Notes: a model not told the origin generated them from the sequence alone. Numbered from the stretch's first letter, positions 10,690 through 22,871 are shown. The stretch is 64,000 bases of DNA from Dipteris shenzhenensis (GCA_047967505.1 CM106538.1); one strand, 5' to 3'. Numbers and translations: made by a program.

Positions 10690-12011
10690 TAATGTTTCAG
10701 CCCATATGTCATTGTTTGCAGTTGTAGCCATTTCATCTATTTGCTTCTCGAGTTTTCCCAAGCATTAGCGCTTTGGTTTTTTTAGTTTACAAGGAAGTTG
10801 AATTTTTCTTAAGTCTTAGAAATTTGGTTTGCAGCCCTATAGTAAGCATCTTACTAAGTTTCATTTGATTGTCTATAGTTTCTTCTGAGTTACAGTAAGG
10901 AGTTTAAAGCATGAGTTGTTCTCCGTAGTAATTGATAGGTCCCAATGTTGGTCATAATGTGTGAACCTAATTATTTGAGGTCTTTAAAAAACAAAAGAGT
11001 TTTCTTACTGTATTCTGAAACAAATTCTGCAAGGCATCTTGAGTCAAGTGTTTCTGGTCTTCCTATGTACCGGTCACAAGTGAAATGCACATTATATCAA
11101 TTGAGTTGTCTAGTAGTGTTTGCAATATTTTATTAGGTTTCAAGATGGTGATGTGCCATTGTAACGGCATTGTATTTATAAATTGTGTTGTTCTTGAAGG
11201 ATGGTGAAATGGTAATGAAAGCACTGTGTATACTACTTGTCGTGCTGACATTTGTTGTAGGTTCAAGAATGCAACTCCTATTTTTTAAATGCGATCAACT
11301 GCGTTGTTGTTTTCATCATTTGCTTTTTTTAATACATCATGGAATGCTTTGGTTATTGTGTTGTCTACTTTTGTAAGGTATGATGTATAGTATGCGACTG
11401 CTGCTGCATGTGCATCTAGTATAAATTGAGCATCGATATTTGCAGCCCATAATGGTGCTAGTAATTTGGAAAGTGGGTTTTGTCCAAGCATCTAGTGGCT
11501 TTCTTTTCAAAAACAATGTTGGCCATTTTAAGTTGGCCCTTAAAGATAAGACGTATTCATCCTTAGTAAGTTGCAATTTTATTAACAATTGCTCTAAGCT
11601 TTGCAATGGACTCGAAATTTTATCAATTAACTCTTTATATACTTTAGTGAGCATCATGTTACTGTGAAATAGTTTTTGCTCTAGAGATTGTAGGATAGTT
11701 ATTTTGTCCATTCGCGGTGCCAATGGGAAATGGAACCTGCATATTACTCTTCCCTTTTTCTTGCATCTATGTGTGTGTCTATGCCATTGTGCCCCTCAAG
11801 AAGCAATGTGAGGTTGCATTAATGGATTGGTCAATAAAATTTACGACGACTTCATCTAGTTCTCTATTAGCAAACCATGGTGGAGCTCACTCCCATGATT
11901 TTAAAATTCAGTAGAGAAGTAGGAATCATGTATTTGTGTGAAAAATTATCTATCAGATTTTAGAAGTTTTCTTAATGCTGTGATACAGTGATCTAAATAA
12001 CATGCACATGT
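10690..12011 (-). pseudogene. Helitron2/Helentron HUH Rep domain, degenerate
   Basis: TCACYLDH..FSTEF*NHGSELHHGLL (EFQxRGxxHxH, ~11875-11910); HRHTHRCKK..CRFHFPLAP; PTLFLKRKP; LWAANIDAQFILDAHAAAVAYYTSYLTK (YxxxYxxK, ~11369-11395); QQMSARQVVY..LSLP..SRTTQFINT; NYYGEQLML*TPY. Confidence 0.85.
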
Positions 12012-12368
12012 TGTGAAGAGAGTGGGAGAGAAGTAAGGAGTCTCACTTGCAGCTTTCTCACATACACAATGGGGAAATACACACACAGGTGGAGGCTGAA
12101 AACAGTTTTCCTCTTCTTAGTTGTGAAAGCCAAAAAACTCTCTCTCATACAAAAAGGAATAGATGAATCCTATATGTGGGTCTCAAACCAAACTCAACTA
12201 ACCTAGGTGGCATACTAACTGAGCCACTAACTAGAGTACATAAGGATAGCTATCATCCAACTAATATTCATGGGCAGTGTACCAACCGCATCTGCAGCTA
12301 ACAAGTCAGTGACATAAATGCACAACGGTCACCCTGGCATATCACGAGTGGAGCTCAATATCTCAACA
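12012..12368 (-). repeat. 3' LTR of Copia A (357 bp)
   Basis: Direct repeat of 17236-17590; flanked on + by CTCCCCCT (PPT). Confidence 0.95.
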
Positions 12369-15300
12369 CTCCCCCTCGAGCTCAATCCCAATTCCTGCAC
12401 ACCAAGCAGGTCTCTAAACTTGCACAGCTTCTCTACACCCAATGCCTTCGTGAATGTGTCAGCTACCTAATCCTCTGTGCTGACATAAACTAGATCAATA
12501 AAACCTACTAGAATCTTCTCCTACACATAGTGGTAATGCACCTCAATGTGCTTTGTTCTAGCATGATAGACTGGGTTATTTGCCAAGTGTATACTGCTCA
12601 TGTTGTCACAATAAATGACAACTGGCCCATCTATAGACTGATGCATATCATAAAGCAGCTTATGCAACCAAGCTGCCTCACATGCAGCCATTGCTGCACC
12701 CCTGTATTCAGCCTCTGTGCTCGACAAGGCAACTGTAGGCTGTTTCTTGCTACTCCAAGTTAGTGCAGCACTCCCAAAAGAAAACACATATCCACTGGTA
12801 GATCATCTATCAGAAATACTACCAGCCCAATTAGCATCAGTGTATCCATGCAACTGTATCTGAACACCAGTCTCATAAAATAGTCCATACTGCAATGTTG
12901 TAGACTTCACATACCTCAGTATGTGTCTAGCCGCATGCAAATGTAGTTTCCTTAGAGCCTGCATAAACTGACTTACCAACCCAACAACATAGCTCAAATC
13001 TAGCCTAGTAATAGTCATATTATCAAACTTCCTACTATGCATCTGTACATAGTAGGATCTTCCAGAAGCTCACCTGCATCTGCACTCAGCTTCACATTCT
13101 GCTCCAAAGGAACTGAAATAGGCTTACAGCCTATCATCCCATATTTGGACAACATGTCCAATCCATACTGCCTCTGCAAGAGCCATATCCCACTTGTGGA
13201 TCTAATCACCTCAATGCCCAAGAAGTAATGCAGCTCTCCCAAATCCTTCATCTCAAACCTCTACTTCAATAGCATTTTCACATGAAGGATATCTTCATCA
13301 CTATCACCTGTGATGATTAAATCATCAACATAAATGACAAGCAACATAATACCTTTCTTTGTTTTTCTCACATAAAGTGAGAAATCTGCCGTGGAAATCT
13401 AAAAGCCAATAGTGACAAGATACTATCCTATCTTGTTAGACCATGCTCTAGGTGCTTGCTTCAAGCCATACAAGGCTTTCTTCAACCTACAAACAAACTT
13501 AGGATGAACAGCATGCACATAACCTAGTGGCTACTCCATATAGACCTCTTCTTGCAAATCACCAATGCAAGAAGGCATTCTTTACATCCATCTGATGTAA
13601 ATACCATCCCTTTGATGCAGCCATAGTAATGACTGCTCTTACAGTTGCCATCCTTGCAACTGGACTGAATGTTTCTTCATAATCAATGCCATATTCTGTG
13701 CATGCCCCTTGACAACTAATCTTGCCTTGTATCTACTCATAGAACCATCTGTATTGTGCTTCACCTTATAGACCCACTTGCAACCAATTGCATTCTTGTC
13801 TTTAGGCAAAGGCACCAATTCCCATGTAGCATCCAAGGCATCCATTTCTTCATCCATGGCTTTCTCCCATTTTTCTTTTCCCATGGCTTTCTCAAAAGAA
13901 GTGGGTTCTGGTTCTTGTATCACTTTGACCATATAGGCATAGTGAATGGCTGTAAATCCATCATATTTCAACCTATCCACAAGATACTTGACTCTAGTAG
14001 ACCTGCGCAAGATAGGCTCACTACTAGGTGCTCTCAAAACATCCCTGGTCTTCCTTACTTCAGGTGTAACAACAGAAGGAATACCCAACTCATCATCAAT
14101 GCTATGTTTTGAGCCACTGTATTCACCGTCCACATCAGAGTGACCTGCATTCACATCAACCATGGGCTGATCTACTTTCTCTTTTCCTTTTCGTGATACC
14201 TGCATACCACTATCTGCATTGCTTTGAGGAGATTCTCTTGATCTCAATCTGCCTGTCCATGGCAAAGTATGTGAACCACTGCTAGAGGACACTATAGCTC
14301 CACTAATATTTTGTGATTGCTGCTGTGAGTTCTATGTAGCATTACCATTTTGTGCATCTACATCATCAACCACATTTACTGGTTTATACCAGCTGCTCAT
14401 CTCATCAAAAACAACATCTCTACTTACTGTAAACTTACGAGTAGAAGGGTTATAGATCTATACCCTTTCTGCTACAGAGAATAACCAATAAAGATGCACT
14501 TCTCAGCTTTTGGATCCAACTTGGATCTCAACTCATCTGGCACATGAACATAGGCAATGCAACCAAAAACTTTCAAACGAGAAATATCTAGTTTCCTACC
14601 AGTATACCTCTCCTCTGGAGTCATGCCATGTATTGCTGCAGTGGGAGTCTTGTTCGTTATGTAGACTGTTGTAGCAACTGCTTCAGCCCAATAAAAATCT
14701 GGCAGGTCTTTTTCATTGAGCATGGCATGAGATACCTCTGCAATATGCCTGTTTTTCCTTTCTGCAAGTCCATTTTGCTGTGGGGTATGATTGCATGATT
14801 ATTGTTGCTTTATGCCATGCTCTTGCAGGAACCTTGCAAACTCATTTGAGAGATCCTCTCCCCCTCCATCTGACCTTAGGCATTTTATTTGCAACCCTGT
14901 TTCTTTTTCAACCATAGCTATAAAAGCTTTGAAATTCCCAAGCACTTCACTTTTCTTCTTCATAAAATACACCCAAACTTTTCTGTTGTAGTCATCAATA
15001 AAAGTGACAAAATAATGACAGCCTCCAATAGATGCAGCTTTAGTAGTCCACACATCATAGTGGATTAATTCCAATGGCCTCTTACTCTTTGAACATGTCT
15101 AGGAAATGGTTTCCTTCCCTATTTTCCAAATTGACAAGCTTCACATATCTTATGCATTTCTGCAACCTTGAACTTGGGCGATCTTGCAACAATATTTTGG
15201 GCTTGCATTAATTTAAGTCGCTGTACATTAACATGACCAATGCGTTTATGCCAGATATCAATATCTGCAACTACACCGGTCCCATGTGCAAACATTGCTG

Positions 15301-16690
15301 CACTCAATTCAGGCATGTCCATATCCAACGTAAACATCCTGCCCTTCTTCTTCCCTTTTGCTATCAAGCAACCTTTATTTTTCATATCCTCAACAAAGCA
15401 TCCATGAGGATTAAATCTGACCTGCAAGCCTTGCTCAACCATTTGACCAACAGAAACCAGGCTCTTGGTGATGTTCGGAACATGAAATACATCAGACAGG
15501 TATTTCTTTTTCCCATCCTGCATAGACAAAGGAATTTTACCAATTTGCACAATAGAATGTGCAGTATGATCACCAGTCTCCACAAATCCTGGTTTTTCCA
15601 TTTTCCTTGCATCTTGCATCCATTCTGCATGACCTGCCATGTGGTGTGATGCACCTGAGTCAACATACCACACATCATAGCTTTCTTCTACACTTGTCAC
15701 TGAATTGGTCATGTGCTACACCATAAACAAATGCTCATTTCTGTCATCACCTTGTCTACTAGAGGATGCATAATTGCCTTGCTGCAATTTTCCATTCATA
15801 ATGTCATTCTACTTTTTGTAGCAGTCTTTAGCCATATGACCCATTTTACCACATAGTAGCATTCAACATTGCTGTTTACATTTTGGCCTCTCTGCCATCC
15901 ACCATGGCCTCTTTGGCTCCCCCTGCCTCTAAGGTTACCACGTCCTCCTCCATAGGACTGGTTTTCTTGAATTGGCTGCATATTATGATTTCTCCCACGG
16001 CCTCCAGATCGACCTGCTCTACCTCTGCCTCTACCTCTTCCAGCATTTGAGTAGAAGATAGTTTCTTTTGAAGTTCCTCCTGAAGAAGATGCACCACCAT
16101 TTCTCTGCTCTTCAGAAATTAGGAGAGCAATCAACTCCTCAAAATCAGGAAATTTTTCATGGACGGCAATGGATGTCCAGAACAATGCATAATCCTTTCC
16201 TAGACCACCATTCAAGGTCACAGAAACTAAATCATCATCTTCCACTGGCGACCCAATGGAAGCAACTGCATCTGCAATCTTCTTCACCTTCATGTGGTAG
16301 TCATTGATGCCTCATATTTGCTCTCTGCACATTGTGTAACTCCTACTTGAGCTGCATTTTCCTGGCTTGCATATTTGTGTTGTACATTTTTGCCAAAGTA
16401 TCCCATGCCTCCTTTGGCGTGCTTGCATCTTGAATATGCACAATCATAGAATCTGAAATACTGATAGACAGCCAGTACATAACTTTTCTGGCTCTCTCAT
16501 GCCAGGCTTTAAATGCTTGCATTTCGTGTTGATTGGGAACATTAGGAAGAACTGGTTCTTCTTCTTTTCCTACAATGAACTCCCAATAGCCTTTTCCCAT
16601 AAGGAAATTCGTCATTCTAAACTTCCATGCTTGGAAGTTGTTCTTGTCAAGCTTTTCAGTGACAATCTGTGAAAGAGAGTCAGACGCCAT
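12329..16690 (-). pseudogene. Copia A gag-pol pseudogene
   Basis: MASDSLSQIVTEKLDKNNFQAWKF gag; WYVDSGASHHM protease; WHKRIGH..CEACQFGK and LRSDGGGE integrase; CKWVYKVK..YKARLV and KDLGELHYFLGIEV RT; SSTEAEY..YCDN..HARTKHIEVHYH RNase H; many stops and frameshifts. Confidence 0.95.
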
Positions 16691-17223
16691 TACAGAACAC
16701 TGCAAAATATTGTCACTGCAAAAAAACGCAACTTCTGCCTCACAAGGCAAATCTGCAAAGCTGACGAAAGTGGTATTTGACCACACAGTCGCTTCCTAGT
16801 GATGATTTTGCATCAACAGGCAATAAGAATGATACTGTCACTCCCAATATCTCTGCGCATAAGCATACGATGCAATTTCTGTGGCAACTTTTCACAGACC
16901 TGCAGAATAATAGTTGCACAGCCAAAACAGGCCACTTTTCTGAGTGCCTGCGAAAAAACTTCCCCCACCAAAACGGGCCTCGAAACGGCCTCAAATCAAA
17001 AAAATAATGTCACTGAGGGCTTCGTCCCGGCCCGCAGCATATATTACCCTCTTGCCGCACCACGAAGGGCGTCTCAATTTGAGACAGTGTACTCTTGCAC
17101 TTTCCGGCTGTGCTACTTGTGTAGAGATTTGCTCCCAAACTCGAAAAAGGAAAGTAATACTGATCCTCTTACCAAGACACTGCGAACTTGGTTTGCTTCC
17201 TTGAGCTCCTTATCATGAACTGA

Positions 17224-17235
17224 GCTCTGATACCA
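17224..17235 (-). other. Primer-binding site (tRNA-iMet) of Copia A
   Basis: GCTCTGATACCA on +, i.e. TGGTATCAGAGC abutting the 5' LTR. Confidence 0.93.
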
Positions 17236-17590
17236 TGTGAAGAGAGTGGGAGAGAAGTAAGGAGTCTCACTTGTAGCTTTCTCACATACACAATGGGGGA
17301 ATACACACACAGGTGGAGGCTGAAAACAAATTTCCTCTTCTTAGTTGTGAAAGCCAAAAAACTCTCTCATACAAAAAGGAATAGATGAACCCTATATGTG
17401 GGTCTCAAACCAAACTCAACTAACCTAGGTGGCATACTAACTGAGCCACTAACTAGAGTACATAAGGATAGCTGTCATCCAGCTATTATTCATGGGCGGT
17501 GTACCAACCGCATCTGCAGCTAACAAGTCAATGACATAAATGCACAACGGTCACCCTGGCATATCACGAGTAGAGCTCGATATCTCAACA
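17236..17590 (-). repeat. 5' LTR of Copia A (355 bp)
   Basis: About 12 substitutions and one 2-bp indel versus 12012-12368 by manual comparison. Confidence 0.95.
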
Positions 17591-18300
17591 CGTCACATGA
17601 TCATCACGTATTTTTTATGTGACACAAGACTTGATCACGAAGCACAATATCAATTGCTTGATCTTGCTGAATGCCTAGCTCAATTGGTTGATATATGTAT
17701 GCTTCAACGACATTACCTTGACCTTTAGTTAAAGCTTTTTTGGAAGTGTACTGCGTGGAATTTGAAGTTGAGGCAGTGCACTTATCTTAATTATTGGTTC
17801 AAAATGAGGAGCATGCTCAAAAGTATTATCATAAAAAATTTGCAATGGATCTGGCATATATTTCTCTCCAAATTGCAGGTACACCTTGTTTTACAATTGA
17901 CCACACATATATTGTTTCCTGAAGATGCTTAGAGATACAAAAAACAGCAAAATGATCACCTCACAAATCCCCATCGACGATTGAAAGCTCATTTGTGCAA
18001 AGTATTCGTTAGTATACACTCCATGGTGTTTGTACATGAAATCCAAAGGTACATATGTTTGCAAGAAAGCTTACTACTTCGTTACAATTAATATGCAAAG
18101 ATGACACAAAGCTCACAACTGCTACAGTGCGAAGTCCTTTAGATGTCATGGGTCCATGCATTAAATATGCTACTGTATCAAATAAGAAATCACCTACTAT
18201 GTACTCATAATTATTTACATGACATAGACCTTGTTGATGCAAGATATTGTCAACATGTTTTTTGCTCAATGACATGCTATTTTTTCTTTCCTTTATCTCT
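17591..18300 (-). pseudogene. Helentron 5' part: OTU-like cysteine protease domain, start of a second OTU-like copy, junction into Rep
   Basis: VDNILHQQGLCHVNN..VGDFLFDTVAYL (GDCLF-like, ~18178-18197), L*GDHFAVF (WGD, ~17953-17966), HFEPI (~17793-17807); then AIDIVLRDQVLCHIKN joined to IRDDHVT, which continues as CACY left of Copia A. Confidence 0.68.
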
Positions 18301-19449
18301 TTCTCCAATTTTACAAAATTTAGAAAAGAAGAAACTGTAAGCAACACAAAATTTGGAAAGACAATGCGCTCTTTTGTTTTTCTGGGGGATTTTTTTTTCT
18401 TTTTTTTCTCTTTTCATATATCTTTTCCAATCATAGATTTGTTTAGATAGAATGTTTGTAAACAACTTTTTTTGTTTTTATATGAACTTGTAAAATCACT
18501 TTATGGAGCAGTGTATGAATTTGCTTTTATTGTTTTATTTAGCCATCAGTTTGTGAGCTTGCAAAATGTTCGCTCCATTTGCCAAAGTGTTTGTAGCTAC
18601 ATCATGGGTTTAAGTAGAATCTTCTATGGAAGGTCCTTCTCTACCTTGAAACCTTGCGATACTTCGTTATTCGCAAAGACTCCCGATCGGTGTGTAAGCA
18701 GTCAATAAACCTGAGCAATTGTTTGTTAAAACTCCCTCTCAATTTTCTTGAAGTATCGATCAACTGGTTTGTCTATACCAACCAAGTTTGAAATGCAAGG
18801 ATCCCTTATGTTTATTTGCCATCCTCTTGTCTAATTCTTGCGACCACATGATGTGACAATTCCAAGTTGAATGTGCTTCTTGCAACGCATGCAACTATAT
18901 ATATTTTTGCCTATTCTCTATAAATCGGTCAGTACTTTGCAAAGTAAACATGCAATGAAAAATAGACAAGCAACTTGCATGAATGTCCATTCACCAGACA
19001 CCTGTGGAAATAGTAATCTAAAATAAATCAGCACCTTGCCCTTTTTTCTATGGCCTCTAACTATTAATTGCAGACTCTATCATCACTTACATAATCAATG
19101 CTGCTTTCTTGACCTGTGTAATTTTGGCAAACTTCAGTCTCCCCATTGTATTATAGCCGGATTGGTTACTGGAGTTGCTATTGAATAGCTTGCAAAATAT
19201 TTCTTCTTTGTGGTATACTTCCTAGTTTCCACTTTGTTAGTGATCCGCGGTCACTGTTGTTGTATATTCGGAACGCACTTAACTATTGAAATCCCATAAA
19301 AGCCAAAGCCTCAATAATCCAATTGACATCATTCGATGCCATTAAGAGACCATGGAAGTAGCATTCGGATTTAGGACATGCAATCTCTTTTTGTAAACCA
19401 CACAACTAAGTAAAAGCACCACCATCCAATGTGGAACAACAACCAAATA

Positions 19450-21459
19450 GTGACTAGCAAGACAATGGATCCCCTAACCATGAAACACCACTATGAGCCT
19501 CTATACTTGGTGTGGGTCTGTCATATGACATAGTAGCTTCACTTGTTCTTTGAAGATAAAGAGCTGCTTGTCATGCAATCATCCAATTCTTTGATGTAGG
19601 TACATCCTTAAATCTTAATAACATGAAACCATAGTACAGTAGATTGGGTCTATATAGGAAGCCAAATATGTCAACATCTCTAAAATTATTGTGTATTGAC
19701 TAGCCTTTGCACATCCCAAAAGCAAAGAAGGTATCAATCTCTCTATGTTTTCATCACTTTTGATAGCACATCACTCCATTGCACCCTAATATTTAGAAAT
19801 CTTGTACAATGAGTACAAATTTTTCTCTAAAATCCTAGATCCAACCACTAATCTGGATCCAACCACTAATCTGCATCAAGTACAGATTGTATACGAGACT
19901 GCCATAAGTTCATGCTGAAACACTGAGTCTCCTAAAGTTGTGCTATGGCTAAACCTGATGATGTCGATTGCACTGGGGCAGGACTGCACTCATGTATAAA
20001 TATCCTAGTCCTGAGGAATGATCTACTGATCGAAAGAGGTAGTGATCACTAGATCTAGTGACAGTGCAATGCAGCAGGAGTAAGTCAATGTTGAGATGTC
20101 CAGAAGACTAATTCTTGCTAATCTGTACTGCTGAAGGAAGCTGTGTCCAAAGGATGTGATAGGCTCCATGTCAAAGGTGAAAGCATCACTGATGGATGCT
20201 GGAATGAAATCACTTAAAGAGCTGAATCCACTAGAGCATATATCTCTGCATGCAGCAAAAGATGTGAGTGTCTCGTACTGAGGACTTACCTACTGCTATT
20301 GAATAACTGCATGATCTTTGAACTCTTGATGTGTATCTGCATCTGATGTGATAGTAGATGGAGTCGAATCCATGCATGAAAGTGATGGCTATACATCACT
20401 AGAATTAGGCTATATTGATATGAGTGGGCCTGCCTCTTACTAAGGGCTTACCATCAAATGTGCCTCATGTTGAGAGCTTACCGAGGAATGTGCCTCATGG
20501 TGAGGGCTTACTGTCGAATGTGCCTCGTCCCGAGGGCTTATCGAAAAGTGTGCCTCATGCTGAGGGCTTACCATCAAATGTGCATGATCAAAAGGTGTGG
20601 GCTGATCCATGCTAAACATGTGGAACATCTACGTCCAATTGCTCAAGACTAATGAGTCTCAAGACTAATGAGGCTTGATCTGCATCATAGACTGGTAATA
20701 CCCCTGTGGCATGAATGGTCGAAGTAGGTTCTCTTTCTAGAGTCATGACTAGTGTGTCATCAACTATCTAATGTGGATAACTCCATGCTGGAGGCAATCT
20801 GGTGCTCTGTGCAAGAGGTTTACCCGTGTACCAACAAGAGTGTCTACTCATGAGAACACTATATGAAAGCTTCCACTCGGGGGCTTATGCTAAAATGTCA
20901 ACACCAAGTCATGTGAGAATGTGTTTATGCCAAAGATTGATCCTGTAAGAAAGCAATGATAACTGAGTGTCTGCATAGCCAAGAGGTTGTACAAGGCTGA
21001 TGTATGTGTGCAAGAACCAATGCCAAGAAATTGTCAACAAACGTGATTGTACATGGGTGGCATGTGTGTGCTGTGTGCAACAATACTAAATCTGAGAGAG
21101 ATCACACAAGTGTCACACTGATAGATGGAACTTCCAAATGCCAAGAGTAATGAACTAGTCTCATATGTGTTAAAATGAATCATCTTGATGATAGAACCGA
21201 TGGGACTAACATCAGAGGGAACTAATCAAGTAATTTGGCAATGGCTTACTTGGCTTGATCTCCTCTATGATTTTGCTAGTCTATAGCTAGACTGCAAGTC
21301 AAAGCGTCAAATGCAACAAAAGAATTTTATCTTAATTCATTTTATGTGTTGGATACACTGCAGTGGATCAAGAGGTGGTTTTGATGATGAGGATTTGATT
21401 ATTATGACCCACTTGGAAAGTCAAACTGCAAATTTGAGGTACTCATCGCATAGAGCATG
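19450..21459 (-). mobile_element. Highly degenerate Copia pol relic (left half of an old host element)
   Basis: Weak minus-strand motifs: VPQICSLTFQV (protease VPxLxxNLLSV-like, ~21400-21445), TITFVDNF (integrase YFxTFIDDF-like, ~21025-21050), S/T/D-rich linker; shares a TGCCTC..AGGGCT motif with 38305-38427. Confidence 0.5.
20431..20580. repeat. Minisatellite, five 30-bp units
   Basis: Units start at 20431, 20461, 20491, 20521, 20551: TGCCTC-N6-AG(G/A)GCTTA-N6-A(A/G)TG. Confidence 0.92.
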
Positions 21460-22059
21460 ATGTGACGATCATTTTTTCCTTTTGGATCACCTCCAAATTC
21501 CACCTAGATCAAAAGTTATGGCTCCCAAAGGGATGGCCAAACTTTGATTCCAAGTGGGTGATAAAAAATGATGATGTGGCATATAGGGTGATGTGGCAGT
21601 GGAAGGTCACATGCAGAGAGAAAAAGTGTGCATGTGAAGAGAACTGTGCTTGGTTGGCACTCTGCCACATGGCATGCACTGGGCATGCAATGATGACTTG
21701 GATGCTGATTGGGCATTGACTAGGTGGCATAATGACATGGCAGTGTCTGCCACGTGGCTTAAAATGGACCAACCCTATCTAGAAGTGTTGGCTCCTTCCC
21801 ACGCCTTTCGTAAGAAGAATAGGGTATTCTAGGTATGTAGGGCTCCAAGGCTTTTTGTCACCTATAGATATATTGGTGTTGTCATTTGTAGTAGCTTAGG
21901 ACCTCATCCAGTGAGAGACGTAGGCTTAAGTGTGGTAAGCAAACATCATGCATGTTTGTATGAAAGGAATGTGCATCATCATGATTAGGGCAATGAAGTA
22001 TTTTGCCTCCATCGAGGGTTGAAAGGTTTAGGAAGAGTTTAAGGGTTAGAGGGAGTTTA

Positions 22060-22205
22060 AGGGTTGAGAAGGAGGTTCCAAGGTTTAGAAGGAGGTTCCA
22101 AGGTTTAGAAGAGGGTCCAAGGTTTAGAAGAGGGTCCAGGGTTCAAAAGGAGTTCCAGGGTTTAGAAGGAGAGGAGTTTAAGGGTTAGAAGGAGAATCCA
22201 AGGCT
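22060..22205. repeat. ~19-20-bp tandem repeat (GAAGGAGGTTCCAAGGTTTA-like) in the putative Gypsy LTR
   Basis: At least five visible units from ~22068. Confidence 0.8.
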
Positions 22206-22684
22206 CAAGGTAGAGTACATGGTGGAGAACTCGTCTCCCTCATAGATCATGGAGGTCAAGGGTTGAGGGACTAAGGGTTTTGGGGGAGCATATTAGTGGG
22301 AGAGGAAGAAGGCGTAAGAGCATGGGGGAGGATGAGAGAGAGGATAAGGGAGGAAGAGAGGGAGGAGAAGGGAGGAGGAAAGGGAGAGGAGGAGTTGGGA
22401 GGAGAAGAGGGAGATGAGGGGTTGTAAGGTTGGAGGAGAGGGGAGGAGGAGTTGCAAGGTTCGGACATGCTTTTGGATGTGGAGTGCAAGGAAGCATGGA
22501 CACTTGGAGACAATTGCTTGGAATACCAAAGTAGAACTCAACACAATTCCCCAAAGAGTGTGGGCTTCATCTCATTATGGGATATTTATACAAGTTGGAG
22601 AGCTTCTCTCTCTGCATGTAGGAATTGTAAGACATTCTCTCTCTACATGTAGAACTTGCATCTAAGATGCACATATAGAAGTTG

Positions 22685-22871
22685 TTTCTAGCAGCATAGC
22701 TCTGATGGGATTCATTTTTTTAACTCTATAAGGTCCTTGACTTAGATATTTGATTTTGTCCTTGTGGACTTTGGGATTGTATAGCAAAACTAGATCACCT
22801 TCCTTGATGTCTTTGGCTTTAAAGTTTCTATCAAACCATGCCTTCCTTCTACATTTTTGTGTTGTCATGGC
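22685..22871 (-). pseudogene. Gypsy integrase C-terminus
   Basis: AMTTQKCRRKAWFDRNFKAKDIKEGDLVLLY...QGPYRV; frame continues from 28520-28673 across Copia B. Confidence 0.85.

Larger units (their letters stand above)
9340..12011 (-). mobile_element. Helentron-type rolling-circle transposon relic, 3' part (Rep C-terminal half, AP endonuclease, repetitive 3' region); left boundary uncertain
   Basis: Manual minus-strand translation across stops and frameshifts gives Rep and endonuclease motifs (see sub-features); the frame continues on the far side of Copia A. Confidence 0.8.
12012..17590 (-). mobile_element. Ty1/Copia LTR retrotransposon, full-length, inactivated (Copia A)
   Basis: Paired LTRs TGTGAAG...TCTCAACA; tRNA-iMet PBS TGGTATCAGAGC; PPT AGGGGGAG; gag-PR-INT-RT-RH order; imperfect TSD CATGT/CACGT. 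Confidence 0.96.

Noticed and set aside
16777-17218. Antisense ORFs in the Copia leader (also 27602-27979)
   Set aside because: Frames and lengths differ between sibling copies; similarity reflects DNA identity only.
20431-20580. CRISPR array
   Set aside because: Eukaryotic retroelement context, 6-nt variable parts, no cas genes; it is a minisatellite.
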